This document shows positions 38,866 through 50,451 of a DNA stretch of 64,000 nucleotides, in pieces. A program made the translations under genes and the position numbers. How positions within the stretch are numbered: the stretch's first letter is position 1; each line of letters begins with the position of its first letter. The stretch is from Setoptus koraiensis (lineage: Eukaryota; Animalia; Arthropoda), in assembly GCA_048013815.1 (NCBI GenBank), contig CM106586.1, positions 19,220,001 through 19,284,000 of the forward strand, given 5' to 3'. The notes under the pieces are model-generated. The model ran no database searches, was not told where the DNA came from, and worked only from the letters and a program-made list of their open reading frames with translations.

Positions 38866-40534
38866 GATGGTCTAGTGATCTTTTCAATAGTTGTAGATTA
38901 CAGTTTTTTCTGTCTGTTGGTTTGTTGAATATAAATTGTGTGATAATGACCAATAACGACAAAGCGACGGCGACCACAGCGGCGGCGTTTTAACTAGGGA
39001 CTCAAGGGGTCCGTTACAAGTATTACCAGCTATCCTAAAATGTGTAACGTATGTAGATATTGTTGTTGTTTATATGTATAGGAATAGACTTCTGTGTATG
39101 AATATGTATATATAAGTATAAGTGTATATAATTATTTTGAATATATATATACACGTATATAAATGTATACTTGTGATTGTATGAGTGTGTGTGTGTGTCT
39201 GTGTGTGTATGATGTGTTGTATGAGTAATAAATAATCAGTTAATTGTAATAATAATTAGCTTTATGTTTCATATATCTAATATAATATAAATATATATGT
39301 TATGTCTATCAATTTTATGTAGATTTTGTGAATAAAAAGAAGAGAACTAGAAATAGAGATAGGCGCTTCGATGGAGATTACAATGAATATTTACAATTTT
39401 TTCCACCGTCACACAATGTGTTTGTTAGAATACACACACGCATACACACACACACAAATACACACAATTGCTCACAATGAGCCGTGCGTCTATGCCAGCC
39501 TATAACAGTGCATACAACAACATTGCCAATGCATCCATGCACTACTGTGATGCTTCAGCACAGAGACAAACGAATGGACAGAATTGTTCTGCACATTGGG
39601 ACACACGCACAAAAAGTGTGCTGCTACACATCTACACATTGGCCAACACCAGGCTGTGTGATGCCACATCTGTGTTCAAAACGTTGCTGCGAAGAATATC
39701 CGCGAGGGCGGCGCTGTTCTGCTCTCTGCTTGCACTCGTTGCTCGTGTGTGCCGGCCTGCATAAGGTGCGATCGGTTTCGAAGAAAGATCGCTGTCAATG
39801 TTCTCGCTGAGACGTACCACGAAATAAGGTACTGTTTTTACGGAACACTCCGGAATTCGTTGAGCGTTGCTGAGGCGTCTCAAGCGCGCCTAGCGGATGT
39901 CCTTGCCACCACGCAATAAATGCTGACAGGCAATTCACACAGTACACGATGCGTCCGACATTCCCACAAATGGCACGCTCACAATACGGCAAGAAGAAGT
40001 TGTGCGCATTGTAGAGAGGGCCTAGTCGGATAAAATCAAACCCAATAGTATTGGGTGTCTCAATAATTGTGGTGCATTTTCTGTGCGCTTGCACACAACT
40101 CACTTGCGCGTGCACACTCAACACACAATACTACTCGTGTGTGTGTGCATTACGACAGGCCAAACACTTGGCTAACAAGTCAGATCAAACAGATTGCCTG
40201 CACAACAGTGACCAAATTACGCACATTCAGGCTCACACAAGTATACAAATGTTGCATTATATCGCACAGTAATTATAACAAAAGTCCGATGACACCCAGT
40301 AGTTAACAGCGACCAACCAGCAGCGATAGCCTTTCATGATCCTGCGCGCAATATAACATTTAGCTGCCTCACCAGAGGGCCGACACTCCGGCCACTATGT
40401 GCGTCCTGTTGTTGTTGTTACTGTAAACGATAATATATTATTCAAGTCCATGTCTTCCGGGGGCCCCTTCTTGGCAAGCTGTCGCCACAATTTAGCCGCC
40501 TCTACACATACACGCACACGTCGACACACATTAC

Positions 40535-41909
40535 ATGTATCAGGGGATGACCAACAAACCGCGTGTCGTTGCTAAGGTGAGTTTGAGTTACTGCTGTAAA
40601 ATTAACGCACTCTTCACCTTGTCTTTTCTCATAATAATTAATAATTTCTTTCTTTTCTTGCCTCTAGTACGACCTGTATTTCTCGAGCCATGCAGACGAT
40701 TCACTCTATCTGATGCGATTCCCGGCGATGAGGTCGCAACTTGAAAATGACCCAGCTGACATAGGCATAAAATTCAAGTTGAAATCTAGACGCTGCAAAT
40801 TGGAAATCAGCGCCAACGAGTCTAAGGCTAACTTTTCCATGGACACTGCCAGAACTTTAGCATCCAAATCAACACCATTCACGTTCGATGTTGATCACGT
40901 AAACAAGTATTTTTATTCGTCAACAACATCGAAAGTTGATGATATACAACTAATGATCGGCAAGATCACTCCCAATGATAAGAATATAGTGCTAAGCCCT
41001 GTTGATTACATCCTGAACATGAGACCGGATTTTTCACACTTTGATCGCAAGGAAGAGGTAGACATAAAAGAGGAACTCAAAGCGGTCACAGTTAAATTTG
41101 CTGCCCCCGACAAAGTTGGATATTCTGCAAGACCAACATATATCGATGAATCCCTCTCCGAGGAATACACAATCTTCACGTACCACAGTAGTGATTCCAG
41201 AATAGCCGGTGTAGCTAGGCTCGACCTACTCAGAGATATTGAAGAATCTATTAAAAGAGAACCTGGTTGTGATGGTGGTGATAGGCCTTCACCTACTTCA
41301 CTAGATGAGGACATAAAACCAAGGATTGAAAGTTTTTCGCCCAACAAGCCCCCCAGCCGAAATGATCTTAAACAAGCCAATGTTAGCATCAAAGAGTGCC
41401 TACTAAGAGCCAAGGTGGCTAGTTTTGATGAAATTTGTGTTTATATACAGAAGTTCACTGACGCTCAATTGACAGCCGATCAAATCTTGCCAACCGTAGA
41501 ATCGTTCGCTGTTCTTGTGCAGGGCAATTGGGTTATAAAGAGCGAAATATTGTACGAAGATGCTGGTGATTCTAAAAATCCAACAATCACTGAAGTGACT
41601 GGTATACCTGTGAGTAATCTGATACTTGCCAGAGATTATTTACTATGGAGTTTTTGTGAATTTGACAAAAACTCCATAGTAAATAATGGCAAGATATCGA
41701 GAGCTCTTCTTACAGACAAAGTGAAAATACCTGATCACGATGTGCTAGATTTATTGAAACAGTTAGCTTCGCTAAACAGCATCGAGAGAAAGTGGGAATT
41801 CAAATTACCTACTGACAATAACTTTATTCACAGCCATCAGGACATAGTTATGAGACAAAAGTCATTGTGGGCAGTGAGAAAATCCAATAAACTATCGAAG
41901 TTTTTCTAG
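40535..41909 (+). CDS. POLR3E: RNA polymerase III subunit RPC5, copy 1: join(40535..40576,40668..41909), 427 aa
   Basis: A 91-nt GTGAGT...CTAG intron gives VVAK|YDLYFSSHADDSLYLMRFP, matching the RPC5 N-terminus. Also L.PVDYILNMRPDFSHFD, AVTVKFA, AVLVQGNWVIKSEILY, ARDYLLWSF. Confidence 0.85.
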
Positions 41910-42419
41910 TTATTGACATCAAGAAGTTCTCTTTGGCTTCAGTTATGATGCATCTCATGTCTGAAAAAGAATTAGACAAGATACTTCTTGCATTCTCTGA
42001 ACATGCGGTTTTTCTAATGAGTCTTTCAGATAACTATTTTATTATCACTCGCACATTCCTCGTGAGATTTCATACCAATGCTTTGTGTTTCTTTACATAT
42101 ATTGTTGAAGATGGCAATACCGATTAAATTTCTTAAATTAGATTTCTAATCGAAAATTTGCGAACATATTGACAATATCATCAGATCGAACTCTGGCAAG
42201 ACAAGAATTTCTGGTAGGATACTCTTGGGGCCGCCGAAGTATCTAGTCTTGAACATATCAGAAACATTATACACAACGATCTCTAGTCCAATTATTACCA
42301 GTTGTCTTCATATATCTCCAGCAACAGGTGGTGTTGAGCAATGAATGGAAAAATCTTCGAGATAACTTCCACCAATAATGTTTGTTGAAGAGGCTTCGAG
42401 AGGATCAACGAAGCAATTA

Positions 42420-45409
42420 TGATGTTGACAGAAAATTGTAGACCGTTATTAACCAACATGTCGTGGTTACCATAACGATAACAAGGTACATTTCCCGGTA
42501 CATTTTGCCACCTCTCTTGCAATACGAAAAACCTGAGAGATTCCATACAAATGTCACAGTGCAGTGTTTTGGCTCAAGTTTTTACATTACACATACAACA
42601 ATGAGATAGTTTTCGAGAGACCAAGGAAGAAGAAAACACACGACATGAATAATGGCTGTCATGGGACGGCCATAAATGATGTGCGTTCTCGTGCGTGCAA
42701 TAGAAAAATCGCTAGAACCGAAAGGATCCAGAGACAGAGAATTTATGGCCCATGAAGCGCAATTCTGACATTTATCTCGCTGATTTATAAGGTATATTCT
42801 TACCTGTCTGATATACGCGGTAAAATCCGTCTAGTAAAGTGCGATTCGAGTAGAAACAGTTCGAGAACTGGAGAAAAGAGTGTACGAAATCAATTGGAAA
42901 TAAGATGGAAACAAGTGAAGAAATGTAATCAAAAAGTACTAAAATGTAGAAAGATTTGCAACATATTCATAGTCGTTTATATTCTAAGAAAGCGGATATT
43001 AATGGGATGGATTCGATCAAATTCAATGTATTTTGGCCTTCAATTTTCATCGTCATATTTCTCAACGGCTCTGGCAATCTTTTGGGCTCTCATGAGGACG
43101 AAGAAGGGGCGCCACACGCGAACCAGTCGGGATTCAACCACGACCCGGAAGCAAAGAAGAGAACACTGCTCGATGCAATGAGGGCTCGTGTAGCTTTATA
43201 CTTGAAAAACAGACATCTAAAACCGAGCTATTTTATATGGGTAGCACTCGATTATCTAATTGGACTCTACTTCCTATTCGTTACGATGGTACGCGGTTTT
43301 GGCAGCAAAAGTTACTTTGCTGCATTAGAAGAGAAATATTTGGTCAACATGTTTGCTCCCTATGGTTTCTCTCAATTGATGAACAGAGTTGTGGCGATAC
43401 TTCTCACAGAAGTCTACCTGTTTCGCACCAAGAACATCATCGCAAACATGAGGAAGAAGACTGAACGGCAATATCTGGGATATGCATACATGAACTGTCT
43501 CGATTTGACACCCAGAGCCTGGATTTATATTTTAGGTCTGACGGATAAAGTCCGAAGTAAAGATAAGGTGCATAATAAGAGAATCACTCACATCAGTCAG
43601 CATTCCAAGCCTCAGTGTCGAGTTGTCTCATCGGTGAATGAGGGACATCGAGGTCAATTTTTCTATGTGAATTGTAATCAACGTCGTCATGTTGATGTAC
43701 GCGGTTGTGATTCATTTATTATGGACAATCCGACATGTTCGGCACAAGCGATTTGCAAGGAAAATTTGTTCGATTTTGACGATGACTTCCGCGAAATCAA
43801 TTATCAGCTGAAATTTCCGAAGCAGCTTCTAGTAAAAGGGTCCCCCCATATAGTCGATCTGGAGTCGCTGAGAGTCGGAACTCACTGGTTTCTATTCACT
43901 TTCCTGATGATAATATTGGTCTGCCCAGTGCTTATCGGAGCTGTTTTATCGATTGAGTTTCGCTACAATGGCAGTACATTGTTATTATTCTTCAAGCGGC
44001 GTCTTTCACCGTGTTTATCCATGATCCTCGCTTGCACAATCATAATGTTTCAATTTGAGGAGATCGTAATCTTTCAACTTCACTGTGGAGTCTGCTTCAG
44101 CAAAGCTAAACATACGCTCAATTTTTCTCTACAGTTAATTGAATTGTATCGGTCCAAAAGAAGGCTAATTTCGAGCTACCGCATACCGTACTCAGTAAAG
44201 AGCAACACGAACGGAGAATCAAACAATCAAACTAGCCAAGACTACGAGATCAACGAAGAAGCGTCCACCGTCCAGAATAATTGCATATTGGACGACACAA
44301 TTATTGATAGAGATGAAACAAGTCCGATACTGAGTGATCTATCCGAAAAGATAGATCTACTCGTCAGGATGATTATGGAGCTACGCTCGGAATTCGAACT
44401 TCTAAGGCGACGTTTCACGCTCGATTTTAACTTGGAACTTCTTTTCAAGTTGCCATGTGTTATATTGACTCTGGCGGCGCTCATTTCGTTGCCCAACTTG
44501 AGCCTTTTGGAAATTCAAATGATCTTCGTTCTGTTGCAAGGATACCTAATTCCCATCTTAGTCCTCTGTCATTTTGCAGCTCTTGCCCAATCTAAGGTGA
44601 TCATCATGATACGAGTCATTCACTTACCTGTTGTTGTGACCCTATCTTGTATAACTCACCTCATCTTGTCATCACCGTTGCTCACCTGGCCCGCACAACC
44701 TCAGACACAACACGCCATAGTAGTGGCCCGGCTAGTGGGTGAGATGTAATGGTGTGAGGAAGTCGGGTCATCTTATCTCCAAATTCCTCTTATCGCCCGA
44801 TGACCATAACTAATATCATATTCTATCCACATTTTTTATCCGATCATATTTCCAGTTCAAGGCCATCTATCATGCCATACAGAATCTGATAACTTACAAT
44901 TCTCTCATGAGTAGCTGGAACCTCCGGCGACTGTCATCGATAGCGGAGGATCTGAATGATATCAATAATGTGGCGCTTTTTATCTTCACTGTGAACCCGG
45001 TTACTTTTGGTAACTTGCCTATGGTTTGTATATCATGAAAGAGGACGAATCTCACTATGTGCATTATTGAATGTGGTTTGTCTATATTAACGTCATCTCA
45101 TTTAATATTGTACCAATACATTCCATTCGAATATACATATTCTATAGCTCATTGGATGGATTGCATTGGGCATAGTATTGTTGTTACAATATGCAGTGTA
45201 GAATTTTTATATTTCGAAATGTGTAAATAGTATAAATTAAAATGAAAATTTTGTATGTGTAGAATGGGAACTATTTCGCCGTCAAGCTCATTGTCTAAAA
45301 AGTAATGTGCGATACAGAAGTATTTTCAACCTCTGTGTGATCGAAAAGAGTTCATTAGAGCTCGAATGGAGTCCATAGAGTCCGAAGATCTGGTGAATCT
45401 GTTCAAAAA
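42420..45409 (+). repeat. Left arm of a ~3 kb inverted segmental duplication (partner ~50452-53465)
   Basis: Continuous reverse-complement similarity, roughly 90% by eye. The inner edge is sharp at ...GATCTGTTCAAAAA; the outer edge is fuzzy. Confidence 0.9.
42956..45201 (+). CDS. Gustatory-receptor-like 7TM chemoreceptor, copy A: join(42956..44596,44856..45023,45148..45201), 620 aa
   Basis: Several hydrophobic segments and long hydrophilic loops. Two phase-0 GT-AG introns near the C-terminus yield AQSK|FKAIYHAIQNL...VTFGNLPM|LIGWIALGIVLLLQYAV*, ending in a GR-type TM7 hhhhhQY motif. Start codon uncertain. Confidence 0.7.
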
Positions 45410-46198
45410 AACAGATGTAATAGATTCGCGCCGTATTCTTAGTAACGAAGAAGTCTGGAAACTTAGTCAGTGGTTTCGTGGTTCAAGAGATATAAATAAA
45501 ATTGGCTCGTGAAGTTTTATTTCACAAGTTAGGCGTTCAATCGTGAGAGAAGTTGCGATTATGATAACGAGGTAGCATCTCTCGAAGCATCCCTGACTTG
45601 GCCACAATGTGGGCTGCTTCACACTTCAACCTCAAAAGGGTCAAGTTATGGTTAAATTAATGACTTGATAGTATCCCTTAAGGAAGTTATTAAAAGCCCA
45701 ATTATCCAATATGGATAATCCTATACAATACTCGAGGTGCTGAGAGTATTGTTTGTGGCTCAATTGTCGCTACCCTCAAAGTTTGGTACGCTAATAATGG
45801 ACGGCAACCAACAGATATTGATCTTTTAAGCTGTCTAGACGATCTGTTTTTATTTGTGTTTTTGTCCTCGAAGAGGTACTTTTCAAAGGTATAGAAATGA
45901 GGAGCACACAAAGCATAGCTAGACTGTCTAGAGATGGCCATCAATAATTAGTTTTATTTTGCGTGCATAGAGACATCAATGGTGGAAAGAATGAGAAAAT
46001 CCTGATGAAAGTACAAATGGAAACGGAAGAGATAATGCATGCCGTCACGGGAGATATCATCTAGTGAGTGAGCATTAACTGATTGATCAGAAAATATTGT
46101 AGAAATGATGCAAGTAGCAACTTTATTGGATATAACATTTTTTAGTAGCGCCACGTAAAAGTTATTTCTTGTATACTGGTGTTCAGCATCTCCAAACT

Positions 46199-47098
46199 TC
46201 ATTCGCTTCTAATGATATTATTGATCCATCCGAGAAAGCTTGTCACTTTGGTGAAAATATTATATCCGTTACACTCTTTTCGTCCGGTAGAAATAGTACC
46301 TTGGATGACCCATGGTTTATTTTTGCGATGAATTGAGACTGGCCCTCCCGAGTCACCATAACAAGCCGAAGATTCCCCGTTACCGTTTTCGTCTAGTAGG
46401 CCAGAGCATATCGTAGAAGCCTCATATTTCCTTCTCAATTCATCATCAATTGTGACATTGTTGTGCTTACTGACTTGATCTATACAGGTGGGACTGTGAA
46501 TTATAGGTATATCGATCGTTTTTGCTGTAGTTGTTACCGATATATCATTATAATGAGTTCTGCCACGACCAGCCAATCTCCGACGGGTACCAAGCTCTAA
46601 TTCCTCACCCGCCGCGTTGAGTAAACAGATAGGCCTAACATATTGATTCAATTCTAGTGGCTTGTCTAATTTCACCAGGGCTATGTCATTTCTCGGAACG
46701 CCAATGCCCGAATTGCGGCCACTGACGAAGTGATGATGGACGAAAATCTTCTCACTTTTTCGAAGCTGCACCGAACCTTCGCTTCCTGCAGATATGGTTT
46801 TTTCTGTGATGGGATCGAAACAATGAGCAGCGGAAAGTATAAAATCCCTCGAAATTATGCTGCCTCCACAAAAATGACCGGAAGAAAGGAAAATGGTTAC
46901 TAACCAAGGAAACTCTCCTGGCTTCTCATCGCTACCACCAATTATAGAATCTGGTGTATCTATTCCGTTGACACCGCATTCTATGGAATCAAAATTAATC
47001 CTCCCCCCTGGTGTTCCTTCCGGATGTGGCCGGATGTGAACAACAGACTGTTGAACATAATGTGAAATTGTAACCAAATTAAAATCTAGCTTTCTCAT
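46199..47098 (-). CDS. S1A (trypsin-fold) serine protease, single ORF, chymotrypsin-type S1 residue
   Basis: IIGG, GEFPW, CGGSII, SAAHC (His), NDIAL (Asp), CYGDSGGP (Ser); Ser at the 189-equivalent position. Confidence 0.9.
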   Translation of the reverse strand: MRKLDFNLVTISHYVQQSVVHIRPHPEGTPGGRINFDSIECGVNGIDTPDSIIGGSDEKPGEFPWLVTIFLSSGHFCGGSIISRDFILSAAHCFDPITEKTISAGSEGSVQLRKSEKIFVHHHFVSGRNSGIGVPRNDIALVKLDKPLELNQYVRPICLLNAAGEELELGTRRRLAGRGRTHYNDISVTTTAKTIDIPIIHSPTCIDQVSKHNNVTIDDELRRKYEASTICSGLLDENGNGESSACYGDSGGPVSIHRKNKPWVIQGTISTGRKECNGYNIFTKVTSFLGWINNIIRSE

Positions 47099-47636
47099 GC
47101 TAATCGATTGTTCTTATGAAGAAATGACGTTTCTATCCGACCAAACTTGCATTAAGACTCAAGTTTTACTACTAAGCGGTGAATGTATTCACGAACTTGT
47201 CAAATCTTGATCATACTTGAGAGGAGCTACCTTGCAACTTGTTACGCATTTTCGCGTCCTTTAGCTGGACAGATTTTTTTGCTTTCAATCTTTCTTTGCA
47301 TAGAGTTGAGTTGCCGATCCTTGGGAGTTATGGGCAGCATTTGGTGAAAACTTTGGGAAAGATCAGCGTATTCTAGGAGACGTGTCTGTAAATTATTGGC
47401 TGGGAGTTATTGTGCATGGTGCGATTTCGCCAGTCTTATCATTGAATTCTCTTGACCTGCGGTTTGCCTAGAGACTTACTCAAATTGCGTAACAAATGCA
47501 TCCTTAAGATAAATGGCACAATCAAGTCAACAATGAACCAATCAGTGCCGCAGTTGCAATTTAATTATCAACTGTTTTACGAACAACCTATGATGGGTAT
47601 CCTTGCGACTCAGTATATTTCTGCCGAATGTCAAGA

Positions 47637-49093
47637 TCATTCTCTTAAAAGTGGCAGCAGGTTGAAAGTTTCGACACTTTTTTCCGGTCTTTCAAACATA
47701 GTCAACCCTTTGTATTTTATGTAAATATCGAAAGTAGCAATGATACGAGTATAAACTGTTGCTACCAGACAAAACTCAAGTCCGAGCTTCCTCATTATAT
47801 TATCAATTGCCACACCACCATCATTCCATGTACTTATAGCCAATGCTACGGCCGTCTTCAATGTTGCATGTCCGCTGAAAGTGGACTTCGGAGCCAGCTT
47901 CCATATCTTGGCATTGAGCGATTCGTTCGCATTTTTATTATATCCGCCAACACAACGTTCCAGCAGATCGTCTGCAGTTAGATCATGGAACAGCGGTTTT
48001 ATCTTCTCCCATACACATTCGGGTGATGTCGGTTTGTGTCTGAAGTCTTGGTTATTCAGTTTTGCTCTGTTAAATTTGCACCAAGTGTTTTCATTCATGG
48101 GGCAATAGTCATGGTTGTAATCTTCATCTGTTGACGACTCGTGATGATAAACAGCCAATATCGCTTTGGTCATTTTCTCTTTCGAATCGGAATTCTCTCT
48201 TATGGCTTTTACGTAATAACTTGTAGGCCTGTCAATCATATGAGCTGTGAGACGACTACGTCCACCTATTGTCTTTCCATCCTCTAGTAATGTTTTTCCT
48301 AGTCCCGACTTCAGTTTTCTCAATCGGTTTCCCATGCCTCTACCGACGTGTCCGATACACTCGCGTTCTATGATGAAAGCTTAAGCTGATGAGCTTTTGG
48401 TTTCCACGTCCAACACTTTCCCACTTTTGTTACCAATGACGGTTACAACTCCTTGTTTCGAATTATGTCCTCTTTTTCTCCAGCCGCCGTCTCCAGACAC
48501 GGCTATCTGTCCATCGGATAGATTCGGTTCTTCTTTGGCTGCCTCAGCTAGGGAAATATCCATGATATCTTGTGTAATTTGTTCGATGGTTGCAACGTGT
48601 TTATCGTAGTTTTTCTGGTGTACTGGTCGAGGTAGGTTCATTATGCCACAGAAAGTTTGGATGCCTCGCAGACCATGACCGAGCATTCGCATTGCCGATA
48701 TTGTTCTGATGTTCAAATCGTAAATGTTTTTCCTGTCGGATGTCGGCCGGTTGAGCATCTGTGAATTATCCAATGATGCTGTTTTTTCACAATTTTTGCA
48801 CACAACTTCTAATTTAAATCCTAGTCCAGCTTGCGATCCCGTGTTGAGACTCACATCCTGATGGCATCTCTTGCAGCTGACCACTTTTGCGATTTCTTTG
48901 AATACCTGCGTGTTGATTATAACATTGTAGTTCGTGTCCACCTTAGTATGATATTTCAACTTCTTTGTTACAAACTGATTTCCCTGGAACGATCGTCTCT
49001 TGGTTGCAACTCGTGGCATCTTTATAATAATATGTTTGTCGATAATAAGTTCTTTTCTAAGTTTCTAAGTTCTTAACGCCTACCTCCCCTTAA
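47637..49093 (-). mobile_element. Decayed DNA transposon: DDD/E transposase pseudogene of the Mutator-like (PF20700-type)/Kolobok-like family, with an internal deletion, an in-frame stop and a truncated 3' end
   Basis: CxxC..CxxC N-terminus, DLNIR, FCGIMNLP, SGDGGWRKRGHNS..G, ECIGHV..MGNRLRKLK, YY..AIREN, H..CP....WCKF, NANESLN..IW. TAA at 48381-48383. Candidate end TTAA|GGGGAGG at 49093-49083 (minus strand); no matching opposite end found. Confidence 0.8.
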
Positions 49094-50451
49094 CAGGAAT
49101 CGGGCCCAGAGTCAGAAATGAGTGAAAAAGTACTAGCTGCAACAAATATGACCATCTATTAGTTGTGCATAACTAGCCGGAAAATTTTTTATTCAGTCCA
49201 TTTCTTACTTCGATGTTTATCATTTCAAAACTAAACTATGATATATAGGGCACATACGGATTTTTTGTAAGCGAGGCACAATGCGTTTTACAGTCGTCCA
49301 GGGATGCGAAATTATTGTCATTTCGTCTACAACCTTTCCAGATGAAACGCATGCATTTGCTCTTCTCGGAATCCCAGAACCATCTATGAAGGGATGCAAC
49401 TACCTAAGTCCTTAGGTTGCATGCAGATTTTTAAAACAATTTCTTGTTGGTAGATTGGTTGGATATAGATTGGTAGGTGTATAAGTAATGAGTTGATTTA
49501 TCAAAGCGCGGGCTGGCCTGTAAAATGGGGTATTAATTACCATGATTCTTCTTCCTGTTGCACTCAATGCAAGCCAAACTAACCAGCAATAACAAACAGA
49601 TGGATACGAAGGATTTCGTTGCTGGTGACATCATGGGTTCCCAGGTGAAAATCGAGGCTAATGATACTGATTCAACACAAACAGAAAAAATGTAACTTGT
49701 GATTTTCCGAAGATTCTCAATGAATGAATGAACTTGTGATAGTTATAGTGGAACTGGAAAATCAGTTTAAATAGACGAGATTACTTCGCTTCCAACTAAA
49801 ATTTACAAATGTTTTGTCTGATCTACGCATCTCGTCGAAATCAAGTCAAGCCATATCGATGCAGAAGACTCATATCGTATCAAGAAACAGATTATGAAAC
49901 ATGGCCAACGTTGGCAGCAAGGGGTATCGAGTTTCCATGTGTTGAGATGCGAGTACTAAACGTTTCTACGGGAGCCCTTCCTTACGAATTCATGTACGTC
50001 TTTCATAAAGCTGGTAGTATTGGCTGATCGGAACATATACAGCGTCTTCATGCTCTATCCCAGCAAGTTTTAACCGGTTTTTTAGGTAGTCAAAGAGAGA
50101 TTCGCAGAGGAACGGCTTGATTGGGTGTGATAGGAAGAAGGGACATCGCATTCCCTGCGAGCAGCATTTAGAGCGCGCCAAAGAAAATTGATACTTCATT
50201 TTACGTGGCAGCTTGCGGTTTGGCATATCAACTCGAAAGGTATCACTACTTACACTCCTACCAATCTATAACTATTGTTATCAACACTCACCTTAGAAAT
50301 CTGCATGCAACCCACGGACACAGGTCGTTGTTATGCAGCGTATCCTCGATGGTAGACCAAAGTATAAAAAATGGCCTCCACATGGCATGAAGGATAAATG
50401 CGATGTCCATTCTATTGATAAAGAAGGAAAAGGTTCATCATTTCTGCAGAG

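Noticed and set aside
39468-40306. ORFs between Fmr1 and POLR3E with faint Tctex-1, WD40 or RING-like words
   Set aside because: Similarities are limited to a few residues, frames are broken by stops, and I could not build a consistent splice model. Left unannotated.
45661-47520. TTAA-containing sites near 45678 and 47503 as the second transposon end
   Set aside because: The following bases do not match GGGGAGGTAGGCG.
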